DNA of 64,000 nucleotides from assembly GCF_036321535.1 (NCBI RefSeq), contig NC_087466.1, positions 17,236,001 through 17,300,000 of the forward strand, written 5' to 3'. The translations under genes and the position numbers were made by a program. Positions 1-11,506 of this stretch are shown here, in pieces. This stretch comes from Camelus dromedarius (taxonomy: Eukaryota). The notes under the pieces are model-generated. The model saw nothing but the letters and a program-made list of their open reading frames with translations, was not told the origin of the DNA and ran no database searches. How positions within the stretch are numbered: the stretch's first letter is position 1; every line of letters begins with the position of its first letter.

Positions 1-398
1 CATTTTCTCTAATCTTTGAATCTGAATAGGTATATAGTGAAACATGAAACCTATTAGATACTTATTTTGAAAGTCATGTGAATTATGAAACCCTGCTTGG
101 ATTATCTTCCCCTTTGGGCTAAATTGAGTTTCTAATTTCTTCAGTTACTGCAGAGTAGATTTTGATGTAAGAAAGAGCATGTAATACTGGCTGCAAATTG
201 ATAAAAGGTATTTGAGTTTATATTTGAAGGAGGAACGAGTAAGCCTACTTCTTAGGGCTTCCCTCACCCCCACACCACCTATTTTAAAGAAAGAGTCTCA
301 CTTTTTAGTAGAGAATGGTGTTACTCTTATCCTAAAATGTGAGTGACATTTATCCTGCCTTAGAAATCCAGTTTCTAACTTCATTTTAAAATACTGCC

Positions 399-480
399 GA
401 GTGGGGTGGATATAGCTCAGTGGGTTTAATCCCCAGTACCTCCATTTTAAACAAATAAATGTAATCTCCCTATCCCCCCC
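399..480 (+). mobile_element. tRNA-derived camelid-type SINE with internal deletion
   Basis: GGATATAGCTCAGTG head, AATCCCCAGTACCTCC body, 11-bp TSD AAAATACTGCC at 388-398 and 481-491. Confidence 0.85.
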
Positions 481-752
481 AAAATACTGCCTTTTAGAAT
501 TAATGTATTTAGTTAGGAGGGAAACCACTGTTATACTTAAGTATTAGTTAATTGCTTTCATTCTTCAAATATTTGTATTCTCAGTCATCACCACTATTCC
601 TAAGACTTCAGAAAAGAAAACAGGATGACAGGATAAAGAGTAGCTGGGAGGAGATCAGATAGAACTGTTTTGCCTAGGTCTTCAGAGGAACCTTTTTAAG
701 GAAGTGACATTTGAGCTGAGAATGTAATGGATGACTTTTCTCTTTCTTGTAG

Positions 753-950
753 TTCCAAGATTATCCCCTAAAACACACAGACCCAGGTCTCCCAGACAGA
801 ATAGTATTGGAAATACTCCTAGTGGGCCAGTTCTTGCTTCTCCTCAGGCTGGTATTATTCCAACTGAAGCTGTTGCTATGCCTGTTCCAGCTGCATCTCC
901 TACGCCTGCCAGTCCTGCATCCAACAGAGCTGTTACCCCATCTATTGAGG
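753..950 (+). CDS. ATXN2: Ataxin-2 coding exon (human-equivalent exon 12), VPRLSPKTHRPRSP...AVTPSIE
   Basis: Polypyrimidine tract with AG at 751-752, GTATGT donor at 951, 198 nt, phase 1/1. Peptide matches recalled mammalian ataxin-2. Confidence 0.97.
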
Positions 951-1288
951 GTATGTAAGAAAGAGCTTCCAGATCCATAATGTCCTTTGTGAAGTTGAGT
1001 TGTAGAGGTTTAACAGTATATGAAAAATGGCTGTATTGATATGAATTTGAGGGCACGTTTGAAATTTTATGTAAATTAATTTAATACTAGTAATTTCATA
1101 TGTTCTTGAACATCTGTTAAGAGGGTTTACATAGTATTTATATTAATCTTATAAATAAAATTATTGGTCTCTCATGTCTGCAAAGTAGGAAATCCTCTGT
1201 TTAAATGAAAATGTTCTTTTTCAAAAACATAGGATCAAAATTGTTGAATATTTTCCCATTTTACTTTTATAGCTTCTATCCTGACTGC

Positions 1289-1430
1289 TTTTTTTTTTTT
1301 TTTTTTTTTTGGTGTGGGGCGGTAATTAGGTTTACTTACTTACTTGTTCTTAGAGGAAGTACTGGGAATTGAACCCAGCACCTCATGCATAACTAAGCAT
1401 GCACTCTACCACTTGAGCTATACCCTCCCC
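1289..1430 (-). mobile_element. tRNA-derived SINE, near full length
   Basis: Poly-T, GGTAATTAGG tail and ...CTCTACCACTTGAGCTATACCCTCCCC head in reverse orientation. Confidence 0.9.
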
Positions 1431-1464
1431 TCCTAATTTTGCATTTTTGTCAAATATTTTCTAG

Positions 1465-1572
1465 CTAAAGATTCCAGGCTTCATGATCAGAGGCAGAACT
1501 CTCCTTCAGGGAATAAAGAAAATATGAAGCCCAATGAGACATCGCCTAGCTTCTCAAAAGCTGAAAGTAAAG
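1465..1572 (+). CDS. ATXN2: Ataxin-2 exon 13-equivalent, AKDSRLHDQRQNSPSGNKENMKPNETSPSFSKAESK
   Basis: ttttctAG acceptor, GTTAGA donor at 1573, 108 nt, frame continuous with neighbouring exons. Confidence 0.96.
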
Positions 1573-1828
1573 GTTAGAGTTTTGAAAAGTCTTTAGGTAT
1601 AACTATAGAATTAGGAAGGGGTGTGTCTAATCTCATGACTAAAGCAGAGTATTTTTGTACAACACTTTTTCTTAGTATTTTGCATATATAGATGTCTAAT
1701 TTTGACAAAATGTCAAAATCTGTAGTTAATATATTGAAATTTTTACTACTTTGATGATACAGTTTATTTTCATTTCTAACATCTCATTCTAAAAGAACTT
1801 TAAGTTAAAGATTAGAAATAAATCTGTA

Positions 1829-1925
1829 CTATATGTATATTCATGTGTGACTGAAGCATTGTGCTGTACACCAGAAATTGACACACTATTGTGAACTGAC
1901 TATACCTCAATTCAAAAAAAGAAAG
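1829..1925 (+). mobile_element. 5'-truncated young L1 3' end
   Basis: GTGTGACTGAAGCATTGTGCTGTACACCAGAAATTGAC...TCAATTCAAAAAAA, TSD AAATCTGTA at 1820-1828 and 1926-1934. Confidence 0.75.
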
Positions 1926-1957
1926 AAATCTGTATCTAACACTTCTTAATTTTACAG

Positions 1958-2028
1958 GTATATCACCAATTGTTTCTGAACATAGAAAACAAATTGATGA
2001 TTTAAAGAAATTTAAGAATGATTTTAGG
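1958..2028 (+). CDS. ATXN2: Ataxin-2 exon 14-equivalent, GISPIVSEHRKQIDDLKKFKNDFR
   Basis: tttacAG acceptor, GTAAGT donor at 2029, 71 nt. Confidence 0.97.
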
Positions 2029-2469
2029 GTAAGTATTATATTGACTAATGAATTAGAATTTAAAAAATAAATTTTAAACATTACTGAGATATCATCCATT
2101 TTAAAAAATGCATTCTATATACAACCAGAAACATGGAACTATGTGCGAAAAATCTAAACATTCTTAAAGTTGTTTTTGCCTATGCTTTAAGTAGGGTAAC
2201 TAATCATGAGATTTGATGGGAACAATACAGATATTAAATGGATGAGAGTGTAATTCTGATGTTGGTTGTTACCAAACTTGAGTTATTATTTGATGTTCAT
2301 TTATTACTTTATTTGGTGACGATAGACCAAGGCCAAGGCATTGATTATTTGATGTGGAAAGTAGAAGATGTGCTAGACCATAGTGTTTTGAGAGAATTGC
2401 TGATTTATACTCGTGTACAAATGTATTATGATAGACATCTTTCTGTGATATCATTTCTCTATCTTAAGA

Positions 2470-3250
2470 CTGTTTCATTTCATGGATGACTATTTCATTC
2501 TTTTGCATAATATTTACCGGAATACACTATGCATATCTTTTATGAGTGGCTTTTTTCACTTAGCACCATGTTCCCAGGGTTTGTCCATGTTGCAGCATGT
2601 GTCAGTACTTCATTCCTTTTTATAGATGAATTATATTCCACTGTACAGACAGACCACTTTTATTCTCTGTACAAGTCTTGCATCAGATGTGTGGTTTGTA
2701 ATTTTTTTTCTTCCATTCTGTGGGTTATCTTTTCACTTCCTTGGTGTTAATTCTTGAAGCACAAAATTTTTTAGTTTTGGTGAAGTCCAGTCTATTTTTC
2801 CTTTTATTCCTTGTGCTTTTGGTGTCATATGTAAGAAATCATTGTCTAATCCATAGTCGTAAAGATTATTCTTATTTTCTTCTAAGAGTTTGAATTAGGG
2901 CTTTGGTCCATTTTGATAAATTTTTTTTTAATATAACATTAGATAGGGGTCTAAATTCAGTCTTTTGCGTGTGGATATCACCCATCCCAGCACCATCTGT
3001 TGAAAAGAAAGACCTTGAATTGAAATTGTCTCTGCACCTTTGTTGAAAATCATTTGACCACAAATGTGAGTTTATTACTGGACTCTCTGTTTTCCTCCAT
3101 AGATCTATGTGTGTCTATCCTTTATACCAGTCCCATACTGTCTCAGTTAGTGTTAGTATATTTTAAGAAGCTTATAATTTCCTCATTTAATATATTCCTC
3201 ATTTTGGCTCTCATATTATCAGTTCACAACTTTCTGAAAACCTTCTTTAA
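2470..3250 (-). mobile_element. Old L1 (L1M) fragment
   Basis: Typical antisense L1 ORF2/3' text (TTTTCACTTAGCA, GTCCATGTTG, CCCAGCACCAT..TTGAAAAGA). Boundaries approximate. Confidence 0.75.
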
Positions 3251-3259
3251 ACTTGACTT

Positions 3260-3384
3260 TTTGTTGTTGTTGACAGGGGAAGTAATTAGGTTTTTATTTA
3301 TTTATCTAATAGAGGTACTGGGGATTGAATACAGGGCCTTGTGCATGCTAGGTACACACTCTGCCACTGAGCTATTCCCTCCCC
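3260..3384 (-). mobile_element. tRNA-derived SINE
   Basis: AGTAATTAGG...GGGATTGAA...CCACTGAGCTATTCCCTCCCC, flanked by ACTTGACT repeats. Confidence 0.85.
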
Positions 3385-4900
3385 AGTACTTGACTCTTAA
3401 ATTCAGGTAGTTGTAGCATTAGATCTCTCTGGGGCTTCTAGTGTTAATATTTGGTGGGGAGGGCCAAAAAATCAAATGTAATATTCTCTTATGAGTAACT
3501 TTCTGGTCTGTAAGTGAATACCAGAAATCAAAGAAATTGTTTTTAAAAAATATTTGAGGATGGACTTTATAATTCTCTTCAGATAAAATAATGTTTTGAA
3601 TTTACATTTATTGAGCATTTCCTGTGTATCAGACACTCTATTATTATCCCCAGTTTGTATATTAGGAAACTGAGGCAGACAAGTTGAAATAATCTGCCCA
3701 GAGTAACATGGCTAGTAAAAGATAGGACTGACCACTTGTGTGTTTCATCCTCTGGCTATGCTTTGGACAGTAAGTAGCTAATGCATAGTGCGTACTGCAC
3801 TGTTGAATGACTGAATCTACAGAGCTACCCTCATGACGTGCATATGGCCTTGAACTATGTAGGTTCACAAAAATCTCTGGTCCTTTGCTCAGGCAAAAAT
3901 AGTAGTACCCTGTGGTTTTTGGTTTTTGGGGGTTTTTTGTTTGTTTTTCCCTTGAGGGCTATCGGCAGGATCTAATACAGCTATGTGCAGGATGCTAATA
4001 GCCTTATTTGTGTAAAAATTGCTGATAATTTGATTGATTACAGGTTAATGGTGTGGATTTTGGAGGTAGGTAGATGATCTGGGTTTAAATCTTGCCCTCT
4101 GTAAGATATTGAGGCACACGTTAATCTACTTCCAAGTCCAAATGGGATAATTGTAGAACCTGCTTCATAGGTTCTTGTGAGAATTAATGAGGTACTGCAT
4201 ATAAAGTTTTTAATATAGTGCATGACACACATTGTATACTCAATAAGTATTAATTTTTACTACCAAAATACAGATGAGCCGAAGTTGTACTGGCAGTCAG
4301 TAGTTCCTTATTCTGTGAGTCACATAAGAATTTCAGTTTTCCCATAAAATGTCCATTCTACCCAAAGCAATCTACAGATTCAGTGCAATCCTATCAAAAT
4401 TCCAATGGCGTTTTTCACAGAAATAGAGCAAACATTCCTAAAGTTTGTATGGAACCACACAAAGACGCCAAATAGCCAAAGCAATCTTCAGAAAGAACAA
4501 AGCTGGAGGTATCAGGCTCTCTGATTTCAAATGGTATTAAAAATACAGTAGTCAAACAGTATGGCATAAAAATGGACACACAGATCAGTGAAACAGAGTG
4601 GGTAGCCCAGAAGTGAACCTACATGTATATGGTCAGTTTATGACAAAGGAGCTAAGAATATACAGTAGGGGAAGGACAGTCTCTTCATAAATGGTGTTGG
4701 AAAACTGAACAACCACGTTCAAAAGAATGAAACCGCACTACTATCTTATTAAACCATATACAAAAATCAACGAAAAATGGATTAAAGACATGAAAGTAAG
4801 ATCTGAAACCAAAAAATTCCTAGAAGAAAACTTAGGCAGTAAGCTCCTTGACTGATTTTACACCAGAAGCAAAGGCAACAAAAACAAAAATAAACAACCA

Positions 4901-5045
4901 GAGCGGAGGATATAGCTCAGTGGTAGAGTGCATGCCTAGCAGGCATGAGGTCCTAGGTTCAATCCTCAGTACCTCTATTAAGAAAATAAATAAAAAACAA
5001 ACCTAATTAGCTCCCCCTAACAAACAAACAAATAAATAAATAAAT
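4901..5045 (+). mobile_element. tRNA-derived SINE nested in L1
   Basis: GGATATAGCTCAGTGGTAGAGTGCATGCCTAGC...GGTTCAATCC...CCTAATTAGCTCCCCC and A-rich tail. Confidence 0.92.
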
Positions 5046-5150
5046 TTTAAAAATAATCATTCCATCAAACTAAAAGGCTTCTGTGCAACAAAGGAAAACC
5101 ATTGACAAAATTAAACTACCAAATGGAGAAAATATTTGCAAATCATGTCT

Positions 5151-6069
5151 TTGTTTTTTGTTTCTTTTCTCATTTTTATTTTTTTAATTTTTAAAATTGA
5201 AGTACAGTTGATTTATAATGTTGTATTAATTTCTAGTGTATAGCATGGTGATTTAGTTATATGTATATATATTCTTTTTCATTATAGGTTATTGTAAACT
5301 ATTGAATATAGTCCCCTGTGCTATACAGCAGGATCTTGTTGTTTATCTGTTTTTTATATAGTAGTTTGTTTCTGCTAGTCCCAAACTCCTGGTTTACCAC
5401 TGCCCCCCCTTTCCCCTTTGGTAACCAGAACCAAAACCCTTTGTTTTCTATATCTGTGAGTCTGTTTCTGTTTTGTAAATAAGTTCATTTCTGTCATTTT
5501 TTTTTTTTTTTAGATTTCATATATAAGTGATATGTGGTATTTGTCTTTGTCTGACTTACTTCACTNNNNNNNNNNNNNNNNNNNNNNNNNNNNNNNNNNN
5601 NNNNNNNNNNNNNNNNNNNNNNNNNNNNNNNNNNNNNNNNNNNNNNNNNNNNNNNNNNNNNNNNNNNNNNNNNNNNNNNNNNNNNNNNNNNNNNNNNNNN
5701 NNNNNNNNNNNNNNNNNNNNNNNNNNNNNNNNNNNNNNNNNNNNNNNNNNTTGCAGGTAGTGCTGCTGTGAACATTGAGGGGCGTGCTTCTTTTTAGTTT
5801 TTGTTTTAATAAAAGTACTGGGATTTAAACCCAGGACCTTGTGCATGCTAAACATGCACTCTACCACTGAGCTCTTTCCCTCCCCCTGCATGTTTCTTTT
5901 TGAATTGGCATTTTCTCTGGATATATGCCCAGGAGTGGAATTGCTGGATCATATGGTAACTCTATTTTTAGTTTTTTAGGGAATCTCTATACTGTTCTAC
6001 ATAGTGGCTGCACCAAATTATATTCCCATCAACAGTGTAAGAAGGTTCCCTTTTCTCCACACCCTCTCG
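5151..6069 (-). mobile_element. L1 3' end inserted antisense into the older L1; contains N-run 5566-5750 and a SINE at 5790-5885
   Basis: T-rich tail, TTGAAGTACAGTTGATTTATAATG, TGCTGGATCATATGGTA. Degenerate 14-bp TSD at 5135-5148 and 6070-6083. Confidence 0.85.
5790..5885 (-). mobile_element. tRNA-derived SINE
   Basis: CCCAGGACCTTGTGCATGCTAAACATGCACTCTACCACTGAGC. Confidence 0.88.
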
Positions 6070-6160
6070 TTTGCAAGTCGTGTATCTCTTAAGGGGTTAA
6101 TATCCAAAGTATAGAAAGTAGTTATACAACTAAATAGCAAAAATACAATCTAATTTTAAA

Positions 6161-6256
6161 GTGCGCACAGGATCTGAACAGACTGTTTTGCAAAGAAGAC
6201 ACAAGATTGTGCGCACAGGATCTGAGCAGACTGTTTTCCAAAGAAGACACAAGATT
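6161..6256 (+). repeat. 48-bp tandem duplication (2 copies, 2 mismatches) within L1
   Basis: GTGCGCACAGGATCTGA(A/G)CAGACTGTTTT(G/C)CAAAGAAGACACAAGATT twice. Confidence 0.95.
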
Positions 6257-8089
6257 GTCAACAGGTCCATGAAAAGGAGCTCACTGTCACTAAGTATTGA
6301 AGAAATGCAAGTTAAAACCACAATGAAATATTTCACACCTATTAGAATGGCTGTTATTAAAAAGAAGAAGAAGAGCAAAGAACAAGTGCTGGTCAGGGTG
6401 TGAAGAAAAGGAACCCTTGGGCACTATNNNNNNNNNNNNNNNNNNNNNNNNNNNNNNNNNNNNNNNNNNNNNNNNNNNNNNNNNNNNNNNNNNNNNNNNN
6501 NNNNNNNNNNNNNNNNNNNNNNNNNNNNNNNNNNNNNNNNNNNNNNNNNNNNNNNNNTCAAAAAGATACCTGCATGTGTATGCACGTGTGTGTGCACACA
6601 CACACATGGTGGTGGAATTACTGTTCAGCCATAAAAAAAAAGAAGGGAATCCTGCCATTTTCAACAACATGGATGACCTTTGAGGGCATTATGCTAAGTG
6701 AAGTAACTCAGAGAAATTCAAATATATCATCTGATCTCACTTATATGTGGAATCTTAAAAACAAAAAAAACCCTGAACTTACAGAGACAGGTTGGCGGTT
6801 GCCAGAGGTGGCAGGGGACGGGTCGGGGAGTAAGGTGTGGAAGCAAAATGGGTGACGGTGGTCACAAGGTACAAACTTCCAGTTTAAAGTCAGTCAGTCA
6901 TGGGGAAGTAGTGTACTGCATGGTGGCTCTAGTCAGTAATACTATATTGTATATTTGAAAGTTGCTAAGAGAGCAGATTTTAACAGTTCCCACCATAAGA
7001 AGAAAAATTTATAAGTGTGTGATAATGGCTATTAACTAGACATTGTGATCACTTCACAGTACATACGTATACTGAATCCCTGTGTTGTACAGCTGAAACT
7101 AATAAAATGTTTTATGTGAATTGTATCCCCCAAAAAGGAAAAAAATGGTTCAATTAAAAAAAATAAGGATAGTCTCAGTTTTCTTTTAGGTTTAGTATAC
7201 TGCAGATAAGTATAGCAGAATGCTTAAAAGCATCAATTGTGCCTTATTTTTTCTCATTTGTAAGATTGTCCTAGTAGTATGTACATCAAATAGAGCTGTT
7301 ACAATAATGGCTAAATGAATGAGTTAGTAAATAAGTTAAAGCACCGAGTACTATAGTGAGTACTATTAGGTATGTTTCCCATTATATGACTAACAACACC
7401 GAAAGCCTCATTTTTGCCTCTCTCGAAGACCCTTGTGATAAGTACTTGAAGTTTTATGCAGTACACACTTGTCTGTTACGTGAACAGCCTTTAGTAAACA
7501 TTAAGTACCTATGCTATGACCTACATTCCTACTGAGTCCAAATAAATGTCGCTATCACTTCTTGTCTTCAACTGTTTGAAGACTGTAACTACATTGGTGA
7601 TGCAGTGAAGCTTGAGAAGCCCTGAGGTATGTAATGCCGTTTGCCAGGATACCAAAGACCTCAGTAGTGAGACTTTGACCTTGGTCTGTCCTTCCTAAGG
7701 CTGAGGAGATAGTTCAGCTCCCTTCAACCTTGCAGCCCCTTCTGCTGTACAGTTGCTCTTCAGCTGGTTCTCACTGCCCACGGCTGCTGCTTGGGTTTGT
7801 TCTCATTTCCACCTTGGCTCCTTCTACTTGCTGCCCTTTTCCTTCTCTCGCCATTTCTTTCAGCTCTCCTCTTTTCTTTCTTCTGTGGAGTAGTGCATCT
7901 AAAGTCTTCAGGCAGCAGTAGCATTGATTTCTTCTGGTCTGCAAACTTAAAAAAAAAAACCCATCACTTATTTCACTAATGTCTTTGTCTTCTGCTCTTC
8001 TTGTTGGTACTTCTGTTTTGTGGTTTCCTTTACTTTATGGATTAGAGGTCTAACAGACTAACATGTCTAGTCAGGTCTTTCTCTGAATC

Positions 8090-8760
8090 CCCCTACTTCA
8101 GACTTTCCAACCTACCACTTCTCAAGGCCAAGTCTCCATTTTAGTCCAGCCTCCGTAACGGTTTCTCTGCACCCTTACTTGGCTCCCTTCAGTTCATTTT
8201 CCACAAAACTGCTGTGCTCATCTTTATGAACTAGTAAATTTTCTCAGTACTATAACTGCTTAAAATTCTTTAGTGACTTCTCATTATCCTGAGAATTAAA
8301 AGCTAGAGTCCTTAACATAGCCTTCAAGTTCCTTTGTTATCTCGTTCCTCTTGGGTGAGTTTGTCATTTCTTGACTTATTCGTGCATCTGTGCCCACTCT
8401 TGGTCCAGTCACTGGTACTTTTCTGTTTCATAATGGGACCATCTTCTCCCTTTCCTTTGGGTCTTTAAACATGCTGTTTCTTTTGCTTGGACTATTACTC
8501 CCTTTTCCAAACCCCCCAACATCTTTCACACTTTAGACTAGATGACACTTCCGTTGAGAATCCTTTACTTTGTGTAAGTTGCTTTTTCCTGTGGGATCCC
8601 ATGGCATTTACTCAATTTGTAGTTAAGTGTCTAATCTCACCCAGATGATAAGCTTTGGGAGGATAAGAACTATTCCATTCCACATTTTCCATACCCAGCA
8701 TGCAGAATTTCTGACACATGGTAAGCACTGAGTCTAGGACATTTGAGTGCTTAGATGACT
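8090..8760 (-). mobile_element. L2 relic
   Basis: CTAGAGTCCTTAACATAGCCTTCAAG, CATGCTGTTTC...TGCTTGGA and AGATGATAAGCT..GGA patterns. Approximate. Confidence 0.6.
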
Positions 8761-8940
8761 ATAATTATGTTGTATAGACATTTTGTTATTATTGCCTTAT
8801 AATAAAAATACTACTCTAAAGTATGGAAAAAGCCTTATTCAGTATATTTTATGCTTACAAATATTAGTTTGTGCTCATGGAAAAAGCTTGTTTACTAGAG
8901 TTATTTAAACTATTTAAGTATAATTATTTCCTTTATTTAG

Positions 8941-9242
8941 TTACAGCCAAGTGCTACTTCTGAATCTATGGATCAACTGATAAACAAAAATAGAGAGGGA
9001 GAAAAATCAAGAGATTTGATCAAAGACAAAATTGAACCAAATGCTAAGGATTCTTTCATTGAAAATAGCAGCAACTGCACCAGTGGCAGCAGCAAGCCGG
9101 GCAGCCCCAGCATTTCCCCTTCAATCCTCAGTAACGCGGAGCACAAGAGAGGGCCTGAGGTCACATCCCAAGGGGTTCAGACTTCCAGTCCAGGATGTAA
9201 ACAAGAGAAAGATGATAAAGAGGAGAAGAAAGATGCAGCTGA
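8941..9242 (+). CDS. ATXN2: Ataxin-2 exon 15-equivalent, LQPSATSESMDQLINKNREGEK...EEKKDAAE
   Basis: tttatttAG acceptor ending at 8940, GTGAGT donor at 9243, 302 nt. Overlaps ORF 8968..9246. Confidence 0.97.
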
Positions 9243-10243
9243 GTGAGTAAACCCGGAATTTAGCACATCCTGTTCCTTACTTTGTTGTTGTTGTTGTTCC
9301 TTACTTTTTCTTAAGGTGCCCAGGGCTTTCCAACTCAAGAATTTGTCTAGGCTTTTAAGAAGCCCTCAGCTTACAAACAACTGGTAAACACATGACATGT
9401 CAAGTAAATTAGGTCATTGCACCCTGTACTCTTCTTCCCTTCTCCACCATCTTTGCTCCCCCTGGCAAAAAAACTGCATGTAAATTAAGAATGACTATTT
9501 TGTAAATGTACAGGGAGTTGAAAAATGACTAGCTTTGGGGGCCAGTATCCCCTGGGTGGTAGTGTACCTACCTCTTAGCTGTGCTACTAGGACTAAAACC
9601 TGCCACTGCCAAGAAGAGAGAGATTTAGTGCCCTTGCTTCTCCATGTGTTTTCTATCAGAAACAACATTTTAGCTAGTGATTAGATTTGTTAAGATGGGC
9701 TTAATTCTGGAAATCCAACATTTTATCAATTAAATGGGCTTTTGTGGGCTGGCCTTAGAACCTAACCACACCACTAATGATTTATTTCTTTTGGGTTCCA
9801 TACAGCTCAGTTTACAGCTGAACTTTTGGAATGCAGGTTGTTGATAAGTCATGGAGCACTTATTTTTGATTTGAGGCAAAAATTTTTATTAGAGTCATGA
9901 TTTTTCCCAAGATACTTCATGTAGGAAACATTTTGTCACATAAAAAAATATTGCATGCTAGAGAATTGGTATATTAAGGATTGCTCTTAAGGGGTTATTG
10001 TCGTTTCAGTTTGTTTGTATTGATTGCCTTTGAGAGAAGCATTGTATATTACACTTCTAAAAAAATGTGGTCCCTTTTTTGGTTAGTGATTATTAGATTG
10101 AGTGGGAAATATGTGTGTGTGTTTTAATGAAGAGAATTAGTGATCTTCTACAGGTAACTGTCTTAAACTATCAGGTATAAAAGACTTCAGAGAAACATAA
10201 GTTCCATGCAGATTTTACTGGTGTTTATTTTTTTCTGGTTTAG

Positions 10244-10307
10244 GCAAGTGAGGAAATCAACATTGAATCCCAATGCGAAGGAGTTCAACCCTCGTTCCTT
10301 TTCTCAG
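10244..10307 (+). CDS. ATXN2: Ataxin-2 exon 16-equivalent encoding the PAM2 PABP-binding motif (QVRKSTLNPNAKEFNPRSFSQ)
   Basis: gtttAG acceptor, GT donor at 10308, 64 nt. LNPNAKEFNP matches the PAM2 consensus. Confidence 0.98.
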
Positions 10308-10894
10308 GTAGTTTTTCTTTTCTCTAGTCTCTTAAAAAAAACTAGTAGTAGTAGTAATGTATCTTTTCCCATACCAGCATTTAATTCAGTTACAGTATTC
10401 TAAAACAACTTGTAGTTTAAGTTCCTTTTTCTTGTATGGTCGTTAATGTATATTTTTGAGCCATAGGAAAAATTCTAGTTTTTTCATCAAGTAGATGTGA
10501 TCTGGGGAAATCTGAATCTTTCTGACTCGGAATTTGAAGATGGTTGGCTAACTAGGCTCTCAGGTTCATAGATACACTGTTGTTATTATTCTTCTGACTT
10601 TGTGAAGAGGATAGATTTATTTTTTAATTTTTTAAAACACTTTCTCCAGTTCCTTAAAAGTCACCACTCCTATTTTTAATAGTATTGATGATTAATTGGT
10701 AGCATTTTACTGTAACTATTTACCAAAGTAACTTTTTTCTTTTATTTGAAACCTGGTGAAGTTTATTTTCTATAAGATACTTTCATTGAGGGAATAATTC
10801 AAAGTGAGTAAAACTAAAGATGGGGGAAATCTGTCTTCAAATTATAATAATAGTTAGCTTTTCACCTTAAGATTGTTGATTTTTGTTATTGTAG

Positions 10895-11047
10895 CCAAAG
10901 CCTTCTACTACCCCAACTTCACCTCGTCCTCAAGCACAACCTAGCCCATCTATGGTGGGTCATCAGCAGCCAACTCCAGTTTATACTCAACCTGTTTGTT
11001 TTGCACCAAATATGATGTATCCAGTCCCCGTGAGCCCAGGCGTGCAA
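10895..11047 (+). CDS. ATXN2: Ataxin-2 exon 17-equivalent, PKPSTTPTSPRPQAQPSPSMVGHQQP...VPVSPGVQ
   Basis: ttgtAG acceptor, GTAAGT donor at 11048, 153 nt. Confidence 0.97.
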
Positions 11048-11445
11048 GTAAGTCATAGAATTTGATGTTCATTTACCCTCTCCAAGTTGTTTGTATTTGA
11101 TACCAAGCACTCTGTAGGTGTGCAGTCACTTGAGGATGTGATGGCGTAAAAGAAGTATTTAGAAAGGGGCGGCGTGCAGTGGTGTGGTATGGTGTTAGTA
11201 GAAGGGCCTAAATGTGAGAATGTTTTCTGGTAAGAAAAATGGTTTAGATTTACTGTAGTTTGGGGTTTGTCCTTTTAGCTGTGGGTGTGATTTTATTTTT
11301 TAATGACTTACAGAGAATCAAGAGAATCAAGAAACCTCAGAACTAGCTCTCTAGCAATATGCAACGAAGAAAGTAGTAAAATACATTAATGTCTTGAGAG
11401 CCTAATCTTCGTTTTTTGTTTGTTTGTTTGTTTACTTCCCTCAAG

Positions 11446-11506
11446 CCTTTATATCCTATACCTATGACGCCCATGCCAGTGAATCAAGCCAAGACATATA
11501 GAGCAG
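11446..11506 (+). CDS. ATXN2: Ataxin-2 exon 18-equivalent, PLYPIPMTPMPVNQAKTYRA (alternative end at 11512 adds GK)
   Basis: cctcaAG acceptor, tandem donors GTAAAG (11507) and GTGAGA (11513). Confidence 0.95.

Larger units (their letters stand above)
4345..7165 (+). mobile_element. L1 ORF2 3' portion and 3'UTR, interrupted by an antisense L1 (5151-6069) and a SINE (4901-5045)
   Basis: CCCAAAGCAATCTACAGATTCA...AAAGCAATC, CACACCTATTAGAATGGCT and A-rich tail. Sequence resumes collinearly after 6070. Confidence 0.88.

Noticed and set aside
4901-4975. tRNA-like sequence with A- and B-boxes
   Set aside because: It is the head of a SINE (AT-rich tail, many dispersed copies, no complete cloverleaf), not a tRNA gene.
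6161-6256. Direct repeats superficially like a CRISPR repeat pair
   Set aside because: Two adjacent copies with no spacer, inside a mammalian L1.
8941-8946. Alternative acceptor TTACAG 6 nt into ATXN2 exon 15
   Set aside because: The upstream AG follows the pyrimidine tract directly and yields the conserved LQ residues; no evidence the downstream AG is used.
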